Of a stretch of DNA of 64,000 nucleotides, positions 44,244-54,906 are shown in pieces. This stretch comes from a virus (lineage: Duplodnaviria; Heunggongvirae; Uroviricota; Caudoviricetes). Both the position numbers and the translations under genes were made by a program. The notes beneath the pieces were generated by a model. That model saw only the letters and a program-made list of their open reading frames with translations. It did no database searches and was not told the DNA's origin. The DNA is taken from positions 102,718-166,717 of the IMG/VR virus record IMGVR_UViG_3300025602_000002. One strand, given 5' to 3'. Position 1 is the first letter of the stretch; every line of letters begins with the position of its first letter.

Positions 44244-44930
44244 TTAAAAATAATCGTTGTTGGCGGATTCAAGTAACACGTCCCACAAGGATTTAGTGAT
44301 CCTATGACATCCAATTTGAACAATCCGGGACTGAGAACCCTCATTAGTAAATCTGGCGTGATACCCGAACAATCGAGGTGGTCTTTTGGTTTGTAAAAAT
44401 TCACAAGAATTTACAAAGCTCATAGATACCTCACGATCGTAGCCCCGAGTGGTGGCTATAGAATAATTGAAAAGATTATTATTTTCTTGAAGAGTTACAT
44501 AATTTATAGTATGTGGGGTATCTTCAAATAATATAACATCACCTTCGCAGGGTACCAGTACTTTAGTAGGAAGGCCTATCTTACGTATCAAGTTTTTGGA
44601 AATATATATATAATCGGAAAGTTCATGATGATACACTAAAAAATGATTTCTAAAAGCTGCGTAAATTGCTGTACCACTTTTACTTAACACTGTAGGCTTT
44701 AATTCTTCTGGAAACTCATAATGGTGAATCGTTTTGGTAGGAGGTAAGCCTGTATAGCTACGAGAATAAGCTGTGTATTTTCCTGTAGACAACACATACC
44801 CTATCGAAACATCGCCGAATATAGTTCTCTGTATAATAACTGGAGTATGTATGTCCCCCATTCTATGTTGCAGGGACATATATTCTTTAGCAAGTTCATA
44901 TGTTAATTTGTCTGTAATAGTTTTAAGCAT
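44244..44930 (-). CDS. Paralog family B member 3
   Basis: KNLIRKI...PCEGDVI...RLFGY motifs. Confidence 0.45.
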   Translation of the reverse strand: MLKTITDKLTYELAKEYMSLQHRMGDIHTPVIIQRTIFGDVSIGYVLSTGKYTAYSRSYTGLPPTKTIHHYEFPEELKPTVLSKSGTAIYAAFRNHFLVYHHELSDYIYISKNLIRKIGLPTKVLVPCEGDVILFEDTPHTINYVTLQENNNLFNYSIATTRGYDREVSMSFVNSCEFLQTKRPPRLFGYHARFTNEGSQSRIVQIGCHRITKSLWDVLLESANNDYF

Positions 44931-44949
44931 TACTGCTCCTTTTTATTTG

Positions 44950-45135
44950 TTAATTAGTTTCGATAAGATATTTAGCAAAATCAGATAAGCTTACGTCTTT
45001 AGGTAATTGTTTCATGTATTTAGAGATAATAACTTTTAGTTCTAGTTCTTTGTTTGATTTTGTAGAACGTAAGGCTTTATTAATTTTGAACACAACCTCT
45101 TTATCGAAGAGATTGTTTAAATCGAATTTAGTCAA
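44950..45135 (-). CDS. Hypothetical small protein
   Basis: 61 aa; first gene downstream of a promoter-like repeat. Confidence 0.3.
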   Translation of the reverse strand: MTKFDLNNLFDKEVVFKINKALRSTKSNKELELKVIISKYMKQLPKDVSLSDFAKYLIETN

Positions 45136-45214
45136 TGATGGGTCTCCTGTGTATTCCAGTATTCTTATACCGGTATTTATTAAATAATGTTATAGGGTTA
45201 AATATTGTCATAGG

Positions 45215-45246
45215 TCTTATACCTACAAATTTAAGGTAAAAAAAAG
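45215..45246 (-). promoter_or_regulatory. Promoter-like conserved repeat, copy 1 (variant)
   Basis: TCTTATACC...TTTAAGGTAAAAAAAAG. On the minus strand this reads TTTTTTTACCTTAAA...GGTATAAGA, upstream of CDS 44950..45135. Confidence 0.4.
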
Positions 45247-45820
45247 AATACGCTTGTAAGATGGCACAGAGTGCACGGGCGTAAGGCCAATTTTTCAGGT
45301 GGCTTTCCTGGTATTCTTTTTATGGAAGATGAGAGTGGCTGAGGGGTAAACTCTTCTTCCGAGGGATGCAACTCCCTTTGCGAGACTTATTAATCCCCGC
45401 ACCACCTACGTTAAGTAGGAAGCCCTATCTTAAATTCTTTTCCAAATTGAAGGCTCTAGCCTTGCAACTCCTTCGGATAGACACCCAACGTTTTTATTAC
45501 GTCTTTGGCCCAGTTTTATGAAGTTTGTACTTTTCCTGAGAATACAGTTAGTACGGTATATCTTTAAAGGGATCATTTCAATTCCCCTCGTTTCCACGCA
45601 GACTTACGTCGTCGTAATACACCAATCACAGCTCCAGGTATGGAGCCAGGTCTTTCCACTTACATTAACTCTACAATTTCACGACTATCTTAGCTGCCGC
45701 CAAGCTTAACCGCTTCCTTATAAATACTGCTGCAACCCTTGCGAGGCGCAGAGCTCGACGTTATACAGGCCGATATTAGTGATCTTTTATTATAAGCAGC
45801 CAGGAATCTAATTGCTTTCA
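45240..45820. other. Structured GC-richer noncoding region at the strand switch
   Basis: No ORF of 60 aa or more on either strand except a short spurious one. Hairpins such as GAGGGA-TGCAAC-TCCCTT are present. It lies next to the tRNA-like element at 45824-45894. Confidence 0.35.
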
Positions 45821-45823
45821 TTA

Positions 45824-45894
45824 TAAATGACGAGAATCGAACTCGTGATCTACGGATTAATATTCCGTTGCTCTACCAACTGAGCTACATTATG
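45824..45894 (-). tRNA. tRNA-like element with an ATATTAA anticodon loop (positions 34-36 = ATT)
   Basis: Canonical D-arm GCTC-AGTTGGTA-GAGC and T-arm ACGAG-TTCGATT-CTCGT, with anticodon stem ACGGA/TCCGT. The acceptor strands pair poorly. Probably a pseudogene or unusual tRNA. Confidence 0.3.
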
Positions 45895-46428
45895 GTTTTT
45901 CTGTGATTGGGAGGACGCGTTCCCGGTTGTGGTTACGTAGTTTTCAGCCACATAATGCCACTCGCCCTCGTAAGTCATTAGCCATGACAGCCTCCGATCC
46001 TTCATCATAGTAGTTGTCTCTTCTTGACTTAGAAGCCAATGAAGGCCTCAATATCTTGATCCCGACAAACTATATAATTGATAACCCGCTTGACAGACAG
46101 GATATCTTGCGATTACTATACAGACATTTCTGCCTACCCCTCAGGGGATACGTATCTCGACCTTCACGCCTCGCAGTTAGCCTGGAGTGTTGGACTATTT
46201 TTTACAAGATAAATAGAAGTTCGCAGTGTATAAATGTTTGCACTCCCGAAGGAGAACAACGCAATGCCAGGTATAATTTCACAGACCCGACTGCTTTTAG
46301 TCCCATTGCTGGGGTTATCTTTAACTGGATGTCATACCACCCAGGTGCTAATTAAGGCTAAGCCTTGATTGCGAAATTCTTATACCAGAAAATATTGTTT
46401 TTTAAAAGACATTGGGTTATATTCAAGT

Positions 46429-47928
46429 ATGGAAAGAAATTATGAAGTATTTAGAGCTAGGGTAGTTTCAGTAGAGAGTCCTGATGTAAACGCCCTAGAT
46501 AAAAAAGACATATATATTCAGGCAATAGATGAGACAGATCCTGAGAAGACGTATTTGGCGTTACCTCCGATATTTATACCAACTTCTGCATTTGGGTCGG
46601 GAGTAGTATCAGTGCCTCCTGAAAATCAGGAGTGTTTGGTGGCCTTGGACAAATGAAATAATGTTGCACAGATTCTTACTTATATCCCCTCAGGACTATC
46701 TTCGGCCTTCGGCGGTTTATCTGCAGAAGCTGTACCAGAGGGGGGAGTGTTATTAAAAATAGGTGGAAAGAACAAAACTAACTTCCTAATGGCTCCAGAT
46801 GGATTCTTTAGTTGGTTTTCTAACGCCTTCGCTGAAATAACTTTGGATGGAGCTTATAAGAAACTAAATATTACAACTAAACGATATGAAAGACGAAGCG
46901 CAACTAATTTTGTTAGAGACTCATATCATCCTAAGAAATCTGCAGGAATAGATAAAGGAGCTACATCACATTTAGAAGTATATTCAAAGTTTGATGATAC
47001 TACTGGGTATCTTGACCATATCTCAGAAAACACTGAGACTCACCGCAGTATTCCTTTCAAGCACCAATTCACAGATCAAACTATTATAAAGTCTGGATAC
47101 ATACCTCATGTTAAGAATTTAAAAGGCACGCCTTATTCCCATTTGTATCAATTAGAGACTAGACAAGCTACTGGAGGTTCTAAACAGAAGAATACCTATA
47201 CTAAGTTACATCTAGGGTATCAAGGGGCTACAGATCTATTTGATATAGGAGAAGAACACCCGGCAGGTTCTTTATTTCATTGGGTATTTAAACGAGCAGT
47301 AACAAATAATAATAGCTCAATGATAAATAGATTTGGGAAATTAGAGTCCGGGAGTTTAGCGGGAGAGTTATATAGACATCAAATATATGATGGAACTTTT
47401 GATGCTACAGCCTGGAAAGCTGGGCAAGGTTACGATTATACTTTTATCAACACCGGAATTAAACAGCAATATGTAAGTAGTTTTGGCAAGTTAAACACGG
47501 GTAGAATATGAGGAAGACACATCCATCAGCTAGAAACCACAACTAATGGTAAAATGTATACTAAAGAGTTTGGCGGTACAGATATATTAAAGACAACAGT
47601 GCAGTCCGGGGATGTTGCAACTCCAGAGTTGAAATTGACAAAGACGTTAAATAATGAGGCATACACTGTTAAACTGAATCTAGGAGATACTACTCTTACT
47701 ATAACTTTGGATAGCAGCGGAATAACTCTTGACGTGCCTGAAGGTAAAAATGTGTATCTCGGAGGCTCAGAGGGTCAGACGTTAGTTACTAAAGAGTTTG
47801 TTACAGAATTATACGCGGGACATACACATGGTACAGGAGTGGGACCTTCGTCACCTCCAATAATTCAGCCAAGTATTTATGATCCTTTGGATGAGAATAT
47901 TTATACTGTGAAGACTTTATCAGAATAA
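46429..47928 (+). CDS. Structural (baseplate/tail-spike-like?) protein with in-frame TGA codons at 46654-46656 and 47509-47511
   Basis: Track ORFs 46369..46656, 46747..47511 and 47554..47928 are in one frame with no TAA or TAG. Coding-like composition continues through both TGA codons. The frame ends at TAA 47926. An ATG at 46429 follows a weak RBS. Confidence 0.55.
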
Positions 47929-48477
47929 TGTTAAGTGAAACTAATTTAAAGACTGAGCTAATCGCGGAGTTTTATAAGTATTATTATTTAGAAGGCGATA
48001 ACCGAATAGCTTATACAGTTGATGAAAAAAGCATCAGGTTAGGGGAGATTATTAGTGAATATATGAGCGAGGCTGTAGTAGGAGTTACTGGAATCACTAC
48101 AAACTTTTCTAATGTAGAAATAACTATACCCGAATGACCAGAGGTTGATGTATCTTTAACTTTTATATCTAACCCATTGGCGGAGATTTCAGGGTCTAGA
48201 GGTATATCTGATGAAGATTTACTAGCGGAAGCTACTACATTAGTACCTACAGCAGTAGGATTTATAACTTATACTCCTGTAGGACCAATAATACCCTTTA
48301 TAACACCCACATGAGGTAGCAGCAATGCAGAGTTAATAGCCCAAACTGTGGAGATCTTTTGTGAAGACTTGGCAACTAGTATCCATAACTATGTAAAACA
48401 AATAAAGTTTCAAATGACAGGAACGTCGGCAAGTGGTGTAGTACTTACAGTAGTATGGACTATAACGTAGATAATAC
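47928..48477 (+). CDS. Hypothetical structural protein with in-frame TGA at 48135-48137 and 48313-48315
   Basis: The frame of track ORF 47928..48137 stays open for 58 more codons, then TGA, then 54 codons, then TAG at 48475. Confidence 0.5.
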
Positions 48478-48550
48478 TTGACTAAAAACCTAAGCTTAGT
48501 TATATTGAAATGTTAGAAGAAACAAAGTTAGTGATTAATTGGAGATAATA

Positions 48551-50728
48551 ATGGACAACTTATTTATAAAGAACTCTTTTACTAAAACAGCGTCATACTC
48601 AGTGGATATGGACGCAACGAAGTGGGTTAGAAATGTAATTACGTATTTTTACGAACAATATCCGTTCGCTCAAAATCAGCCTGCAGTGGTTCAGTGGAAG
48701 AAAAAAGATAGTACAAAGGGATATGCGGTAGGGGTATTAAAGATATCCGGGGCATCCATACCAGTAGTAATCAAAGATTGGAAATTATCTCCTTTAGACA
48801 TAGTTATGGCAGGTGGAAGAACTTTACCACTTAATACTGAGGTGTTAAGAACTATGTTAACTTCGCCAGGAGCATTTGTAGGAGTAGCGTCGTCTCCTCC
48901 TAAATCAGGACTGGACATGTTCTCACAATTACAGTATTCTCCTGATGGGAGTATAAACAATTCAGCTAGCGAGTCTAGTTCACAAGAACGACCTGCTAAA
49001 ATAGCTTCATTTATTGACAAAATTGAGCATATAGACAAAAAAGCCGTTGTTGAAATACTAAATACTGTTAAAAACAACCCAGAAATCCATAATAACTTCA
49101 AAAAGACCGGAAGATTAGACGTTTTAGACAAACTAGCGTCAAAAACAGAGAGTCAAGAAGAAATCGTGGATTCTTTCATTAGGGACCTTGATATAGATAG
49201 ACAGTTAGTTATTAAAGACTCTTTAGGTAATCACACAGTTAAACAAGCTAATTCTAACATAGATTTTGTATGAGAACTCCCTATTAAGGCTTCAGAAGCT
49301 GAAGAATTTGAGATATTAACTGCTTCAAGTTTCCAAGAAAAGACTGCTGAGTCTGTAGATGCTAATTGCTACAAGATTTGGGACACTGATAGACACCTTA
49401 TGGTAACATCGGACAAAGATTATCATGATTTTAGTAGAAATGATGTGAAAACGGCTGAAGCATTTACTTTAGAAGAAGACCAACCACAAGTTGGTGATCT
49501 TGGCGTTTGAAAATTTGGAGAATCAGTCTCTGAACCTTTTGAAGTACTAGGAATGGACAAAGTATCGTCATATTCTTCAAATCTTTATAAACTAGACGGA
49601 GGTCCAGGGTATCTTAGCATCAGTAAGAATAAAGATTGGGTTATTTTAGAGAAATTAGGACAAAAGTCTTCAGAAAATGTAGAAATAGACGGAGATTTTC
49701 CTAAAATAGGAGATTTCGGAGCGTGAGTTATGCCTGATGGCAGTGCCACTAAGCCTTTTGAGATTAGAGAACTATTACAAGACTTAGAAGCTTCTAGCAA
49801 TAAACAAGTACAAGTAGCAGGTTGGGATGGATTGCAGAAGATTGCGTATTACCTGACTGAAATGCCTGTTAAGAGTCTGATGGACTCAGAGAATGGCGGA
49901 AAGTTACTACCTAAAGAAGCAAAGTTTGTTAAATTAGGCAAAGAATTAAGAAAAGTTTCTGAAGTTAGCGAGGATAATCAAGATACCCCATTAAAAGTTA
50001 CAGGATGGGCCGGAAGAGAAAAAGTATCTTATTACATCGACAACACAACTACTTCTGAAGCAAAATATGTAGAAAAAGAATCTAGTTGGTATTTATCTAA
50101 GGACGTGAGCTTCATTAAGCTAGGATCATACTTACAAAATGAAATACCACATACTGTTAAAGTAAATAAACACACAGTTGGAAAAGACTCTGTAGGCCTT
50201 TATTACTTAAAAGGTGCAGAGTTCTCTAAATATGCAGAAAACAGCCATGAATTACGTGATTTAAGCCTCTCAGAGGCAGAATGATCATTAATTCATTGTG
50301 GAGCAACCAAGACTGATATAAATAAGGCGGCAATGTTGCTGAAAGGCACTGAAATGCTAATTGCTTGTCCAATTGAAGCTCCTATACCTCCAAAAGTGTT
50401 TATTGATAAAATAGCAGAAACTTATGAAGATAGTACTAATGACATAGAGATGTTAAAAGTAGACTTAGTAAAAGAGGCTGCGGTTTTATCTGATAAAAGC
50501 ACTGTAGATGCTGTATTGTCTCTTGGAGCTATCAACAAACAGAATATTATAGAATACATAGCTCTATTACCTCAATATGAGATGATTATGAGTGAATTAG
50601 CCAAAATGCTGCTTATGACTAGGTTAGGTATGAGGCATCTTCCGGAGGAAGCCGTAAAGAACGCCATGGATTCAGTAACTAAAATAGTACTGTTGCTTAT
50701 GGGCGTTAACAAACTGTACTCTAATTAG
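48551..50728 (+). CDS. Large structural protein (about 725 aa) with in-frame TGA at 49271, 49508, 49724 and 50282
   Basis: Track ORFs 48539..49273, 49730..50284 and 50333..50728 share one frame. The 456-nt segment between the first two is open except for TGA. The ATG at 48551 follows a GGAG RBS. The gene ends at TAG 50726. Confidence 0.55.
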
Positions 50729-50736
50729 GAGATACT

Positions 50737-51153
50737 ATGAGATCTTTAGGGGATATGGCGCGACAGATGACTTCATTGCAGAAATTAGTGGTTAGCCAGA
50801 ATGATCAAGAAGGCGTAGACGAGGTTGTATATGAAAAGGCGTACGAGTCTACTGCAGGGGCAGATTCTATAGGGCGAAGTATTTATAACGAAGAAGATGG
50901 ATCAGTAATGATATTATCTTTGCCAGAAGGAACAGAGTTTCCACCACATACTCACGAAAATCCAATAGTAGAGTATGGAATCATATTAAAGGGGAGTATA
51001 AGAATTACACAAGAAGGAGTAGATGACGTAATCTATTCTTATCAAGACTGCGTAATTCTTAAAGATGAGGTTATGCATTCTGGAGTAGCTTTAGAAGATA
51101 CGAAGATAATCGCAATAACAATCCCACAAGAGTTAGGATACCCTGGAGCTTAG
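50737..51153 (+). CDS. Cupin-like small protein
   Basis: The ATG is preceded by AGGAG. The HTHENPIVEYGIILKGSIRI beta-strand motif resembles a cupin fold. Confidence 0.4.
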   Translation: MRSLGDMARQMTSLQKLVVSQNDQEGVDEVVYEKAYESTAGADSIGRSIYNEEDGSVMILSLPEGTEFPPHTHENPIVEYGIILKGSIRITQEGVDDVIYSYQDCVILKDEVMHSGVALEDTKIIAITIPQELGYPGA

Positions 51154-51182
51154 TCTCCACATTATAAAATAGGAATATTAGA

Positions 51183-51650
51183 ATGACTGATAAAAAAGGA
51201 CCAATGAGCTGAGAAGAGTTTTTCGTTAAAATCGGAGACAAAGTGGATGAGCATGAAAAGACGTTAGTGACTTTTACTAACGGTAAGTTTAAATCATTAG
51301 AAGATAATGTAGATACTTTAAAAGAGACAGTTGGGGGCATTAAGAATGATATGTCTGAGATTAAAAGAAGACTTCTAGATCCTGAAACCGGCGTAATTCA
51401 CAAAATGAATGAAGCTACGGTATATGTAGGCAAATTACAGAAAGAAGAAACGTTAGACCAGATCAAATTAGTCAAAAAAGCTAATACGAACGTTTCACGG
51501 TTATTCTGGCTAGTTATGACATTTGTTATAGGCTCTTTCTTATCTCAGGTCATACCAGACACTTGGTATCCATATTCAGATAAATATACACCAAAAATAG
51601 AAAATGTTCAGCCTGAACCAGTGATAATACCTGATACTATCGCTAATTAA
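51183..51650 (+). CDS. Hypothetical protein with in-frame TGA at codon 10 (51210-51212) and a C-terminal transmembrane helix
   Basis: ATG 51183 has an AGGAA RBS. It reads MTDKKGPMS-TGA-EEFFVKIGDKVDEHEK... and continues into track ORF 51243..51650. Confidence 0.45.
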
Positions 51651-51772
51651 TATTTGTATAATACCTAGAATCTAACTATATTAAAGAAAGGGGGTAATTC
51701 CAATGATAATACACTGGGGTCTCTCTATAAAAGACAATTTGAAGAATAAAGTATTAAATCAGTATAAAAATA

Positions 51773-52105
51773 ATGCACAATTCGCCTCTCTCGATTACAA
51801 AAGCAGCTGCAATACAGTTAGAAACTAAGAAAATTAGCTTAAATCACCCAAAATCCCACATATTAAACATAAAGTTGGCGCCAAATTACGAAACTGAGAT
51901 GGCACACTTCGATTTTACATATAAAGACATAAAAGATATTAAAAATATAGTGTATGATGATGACTATGCACACACCATGGATTCGGAAACTGCTATGTAT
52001 CTTCTTGGCAGTACATTAGATTATAAGGATAATAGACTTATATTCGATCATATGGAGCTAGATGGCTTAAATAACTTTAATAATATTGATAATAATAGCA
52101 ATTAA
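51773..52105 (+). CDS. Hypothetical protein
   Basis: 110 aa, TAA stop; last gene of the plus-strand block. Confidence 0.4.
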   Translation: MHNSPLSITKAAAIQLETKKISLNHPKSHILNIKLAPNYETEMAHFDFTYKDIKDIKNIVYDDDYAHTMDSETAMYLLGSTLDYKDNRLIFDHMELDGLNNFNNIDNNSN

Positions 52106-52106
52106 T

Positions 52107-52130
52107 AGCTTTTTAAGGTAAAAAGAAGAG
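52107..52130. promoter_or_regulatory. Partial copy of the conserved repeat (TTTTTAAGGTAAAAAGAAG)
   Basis: Matches the 3' half of the repeat only; it sits at the junction of the plus and minus blocks. Confidence 0.25.
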
Positions 52131-52176
52131 CTTTCACTCTCCTTTTGTGCAACTGACGTGTTACACAACGTAATTA

Positions 52177-52383
52177 CTAATCGATAGCAGATTCTTCCAA
52201 GGATGGAAGGTCTGTATTGCGATTATCATAGGCTCGTAATCCAAATGCCCCAGCTGCAACACTTAGGACTACTAATCCAGTGTTTTTCACTGCGGGTTTT
52301 GAGGCAACGGCTTTAATACCATTAACTGCTTTACGAAAATAACCTACTTCTGGGGTCTCAACGACCTTAAGTTCATCAGACAT
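52177..52383 (-). CDS. Small hypothetical protein
   Basis: 68 aa with one hydrophobic helix. Confidence 0.3.
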   Translation of the reverse strand: MSDELKVVETPEVGYFRKAVNGIKAVASKPAVKNTGLVVLSVAAGAFGLRAYDNRNTDLPSLEESAID

Positions 52384-52672
52384 GTTATGTCTCCTTTTAC
52401 GTTATTTAGTTGTTTAATTAACGCCAGACATGGATTTTTCTCATTGTATCCTCTGGCGCATCATTCTTATACCCTATTTGGGGCCAAAATAGCCCATTTT
52501 TGACTAATATGAGCATCATACACTTAATTATTAACGTTTTAAACTCGATCTTGCGGATTAAGGTTCCATATCATGCCCCCTATCCAAATGCACAGAATAA
52601 AACTAAATTGAAGGGTTTAAAATTTTTCCTATATGAGATTTTTTATTTTAAAATTTTTTAATTTATTTTTTT

Positions 52673-53104
52673 TTATTTTAAAACTTTTTCCCCAGATTTC
52701 AACATTTTTTCCCGGTGCTTATGGCAGGCCCATACTTCTTTTAAGTCACTTCTCTTAAGAGTCACGGTATTTATAATATCCCAACCATAGCCCTGAATAG
52801 CTACTTCAAGCCTAATCCGTAAGATTTTAGGCCCATAGGTTCCATGTAGGCGCATACGGGTTAAAATTCCTTCGGGAGATAATGTATAGGTATCCGTGCC
52901 CCCAGGCCATGCTAAACCTATCTTAATTCTCCCAAAAGGTGAATATTTCAATTTATCAAGCACTTGTTTTAAAACTGAGTATTTATATATATGACAACCA
53001 ACCCTTAATCCTTCATGATGCGGTACAATATTCCTATTAATAACCTCATGATCGAGCGCTCCTATGCGTTCCTTGACTTTCCAAGGCCATTTATCATTCA
53101 TCAC
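52673..53104 (-). CDS. Paralog family C member 1
   Basis: Shares VGC...SVL..L...PFG...R.R....GP.KI(L/V)RIR...W...........FKR..LK..W with three adjacent genes and with 58228..58653. Confidence 0.45.
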   Translation of the reverse strand: MMNDKWPWKVKERIGALDHEVINRNIVPHHEGLRVGCHIYKYSVLKQVLDKLKYSPFGRIKIGLAWPGGTDTYTLSPEGILTRMRLHGTYGPKILRIRLEVAIQGYGWDIINTVTLKRSDLKEVWACHKHREKMLKSGEKVLK

Positions 53105-53502
53105 AACTTCTCCATAATAGCTACTATACTCCGGTTATAAGCCCACATGTCCTTTAAAACTTTCCTTTTAAAATAGACGGTGTTTACAGGCCACCAAGAA
53201 CCTTGCCAGCTGATCCCTTCAACAGCGACCCTTACAATTTTAGGCCCAAACCGAACATTTAATCGAGCGTTATATAGAACATTTTCGGAAAAATCATAAA
53301 GTTTTAAATCAACAACATCTTCTATAGCAAGCCTAAATTCCCCAAACGGTAAATATCTCATTGAGGAAACTATTTTATCCAAAATACTTATGCCGAAACA
53401 TAGGCAACCTACCTTTACAACCTCAGTATCTACGATAATACCTCTAGTAACCTGCATACTCTTTAACTGTTCATCTGCAGTCCATTTATATTCTTGCATC
53501 AT
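53101..53502 (-). CDS. Paralog family C member 2
   Basis: Same motif set; 4-nt overlap with its neighbours. Confidence 0.45.
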   Translation of the reverse strand: MMQEYKWTADEQLKSMQVTRGIIVDTEVVKVGCLCFGISILDKIVSSMRYLPFGEFRLAIEDVVDLKLYDFSENVLYNARLNVRFGPKIVRVAVEGISWQGSWWPVNTVYFKRKVLKDMWAYNRSIVAIMEKL

Positions 53503-54002
53503 AAAATTGTCTCCTTATCTTTTTGTAAATCCTCTTTGATATTATTAGCGGTTAACGTATCAGCTTTTAGCTGAAGCTTTGCAGCTTCCCGCTCTCTAAC
53601 CAATAACTCTCTCCATAACTCTCTAAGATCTGATTTTTTAAATACAAGATCCTGCAAAACTATGTCGTAGTTTATACCCCAGCCAGTAGTAACAATAATT
53701 TTTCTTATTCTTACCTTCCTAAGACCCCAACTCATTTTTAGAAGTGTGGCACTAACTCCAGGACTCGGGGTTTCACGGGTGCTAAGCCCAAAAATGCCAC
53801 CACGATCGCGTATATACAAATCACCTCGGCCAAATGGCCACATAACTTTTCTTAGGGCGAGTTCTAATACAGACTTGTGAAAATTATTACAGCCTATATT
53901 TACAAGCATACCGTGTTTTTCAGACTCCCATAACCTTATACCTAGCTTATGGGGTAGGCGGCTATTATAGTATTCTGCGTGTCTCATATTAACGCCTTCC
54001 AT
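53499..54002 (-). CDS. Paralog family C member 3
   Basis: Same motif set. Confidence 0.45.
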   Translation of the reverse strand: MEGVNMRHAEYYNSRLPHKLGIRLWESEKHGMLVNIGCNNFHKSVLELALRKVMWPFGRGDLYIRDRGGIFGLSTRETPSPGVSATLLKMSWGLRKVRIRKIIVTTGWGINYDIVLQDLVFKKSDLRELWRELLVREREAAKLQLKADTLTANNIKEDLQKDKETIL

Positions 54003-54370
54003 GCTTTTTTTAGGTCTGATTTATAGAATACAAGATCTTCTATCACAGAAGCTTCTGAAAATCCCCAACCTTGATAAATCTTTTGTATTCTTAGTTTTCT
54101 AGGACTATAACTAACCTTTAAATATGCACGATGTGGAGCTGTGTTAACGCCTTCTACGTAAAAAATATCCGTATGGACTATTTCTATAGAGAACTTACCA
54201 AATAGCCCTTTAGAACGATGTATTATCTTTTCCAATAACTCTACCCCATACCTTTCACATCCTACTTTTAAATAAGATCCGCCACCCGCGTCGGTAAACC
54301 GCATAGAGTATACACTATAGTGAGCACACACGCTTCGACGGGCTTTCTTGTGCGGACGGGTCTCAAACAT
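53984..54370 (-). CDS. Paralog family C member 4
   Basis: Same motif set. Confidence 0.45.
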   Translation of the reverse strand: MFETRPHKKARRSVCAHYSVYSMRFTDAGGGSYLKVGCERYGVELLEKIIHRSKGLFGKFSIEIVHTDIFYVEGVNTAPHRAYLKVSYSPRKLRIQKIYQGWGFSEASVIEDLVFYKSDLKKAWKALI

Positions 54371-54435
54371 AACTTCTTACTCCTCGGCTGATATGCGACA
54401 TCTTGTTGCCTCCAATAATTTGAGTTTTCTTTTAA

Positions 54436-54906
54436 TTAGTAAATATTATTAGTAGATAAAACTTGTTTTATTTCTATACATTTTTGCATTTTTCCTATTA
54501 ACATAAGAGCCTTACCCATCTCTGTGAGTAGTTCTTCATATATCATATTAGTATGAAATCTAAATAACTGTCCACCAAGTCCTTCAAATTCTAGACTTTT
54601 CCAGGTTGATCCGCTACCTTCGAAAGGAAATGGGTCCCTTGTTACGGGCCCTAATCCTAATGCAGTCCCAATTGACCTAATAGAATCAATATTTACGGTC
54701 ATATAAGAGTCCTTGTTACCGTTCGTATTGGCCGGTATTGCGTCATAATGGGCCCAGTATCGCTGTTGTTGGGCAAAGGTCATGTTACACCCCTCCCAAT
54801 CTTCTATACCCAAGTTTTTATCGAGGTCCCACTGCTCTTGGGAACTTAGTTCAAAATAATTTTTAGGTCTTTTGAAGGACTCTTTGTACATTTGAAATTC
54901 AGTCAT
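54436..54906 (-). CDS. Hypothetical protein
   Basis: ORF of 156 aa. Confidence 0.4.
   Translation of the reverse strand: MTEFQMYKESFKRPKNYFELSSQEQWDLDKNLGIEDWEGCNMTFAQQQRYWAHYDAIPANTNGNKDSYMTVNIDSIRSIGTALGLGPVTRDPFPFEGSGSTWKSLEFEGLGGQLFRFHTNMIYEELLTEMGKALMLIGKMQKCIEIKQVLSTNNIY

Noticed and set aside
46014-46355. Plus-strand ORF 46014..46355 as a protein-coding gene
   Set aside because: Its composition (rich in Arg, Cys and Leu) is unlike other genes here. It lies in the GC-rich structured strand-switch region and has no RBS, so it is more likely non-coding.
46654-51212. In-frame TGAs as selenocysteine codons
   Set aside because: Nine or more occurrences in 5 kb, across four different genes, without an obvious shared downstream SECIS-like hairpin. 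Density and distribution fit global recoding of the module rather than Sec insertion.
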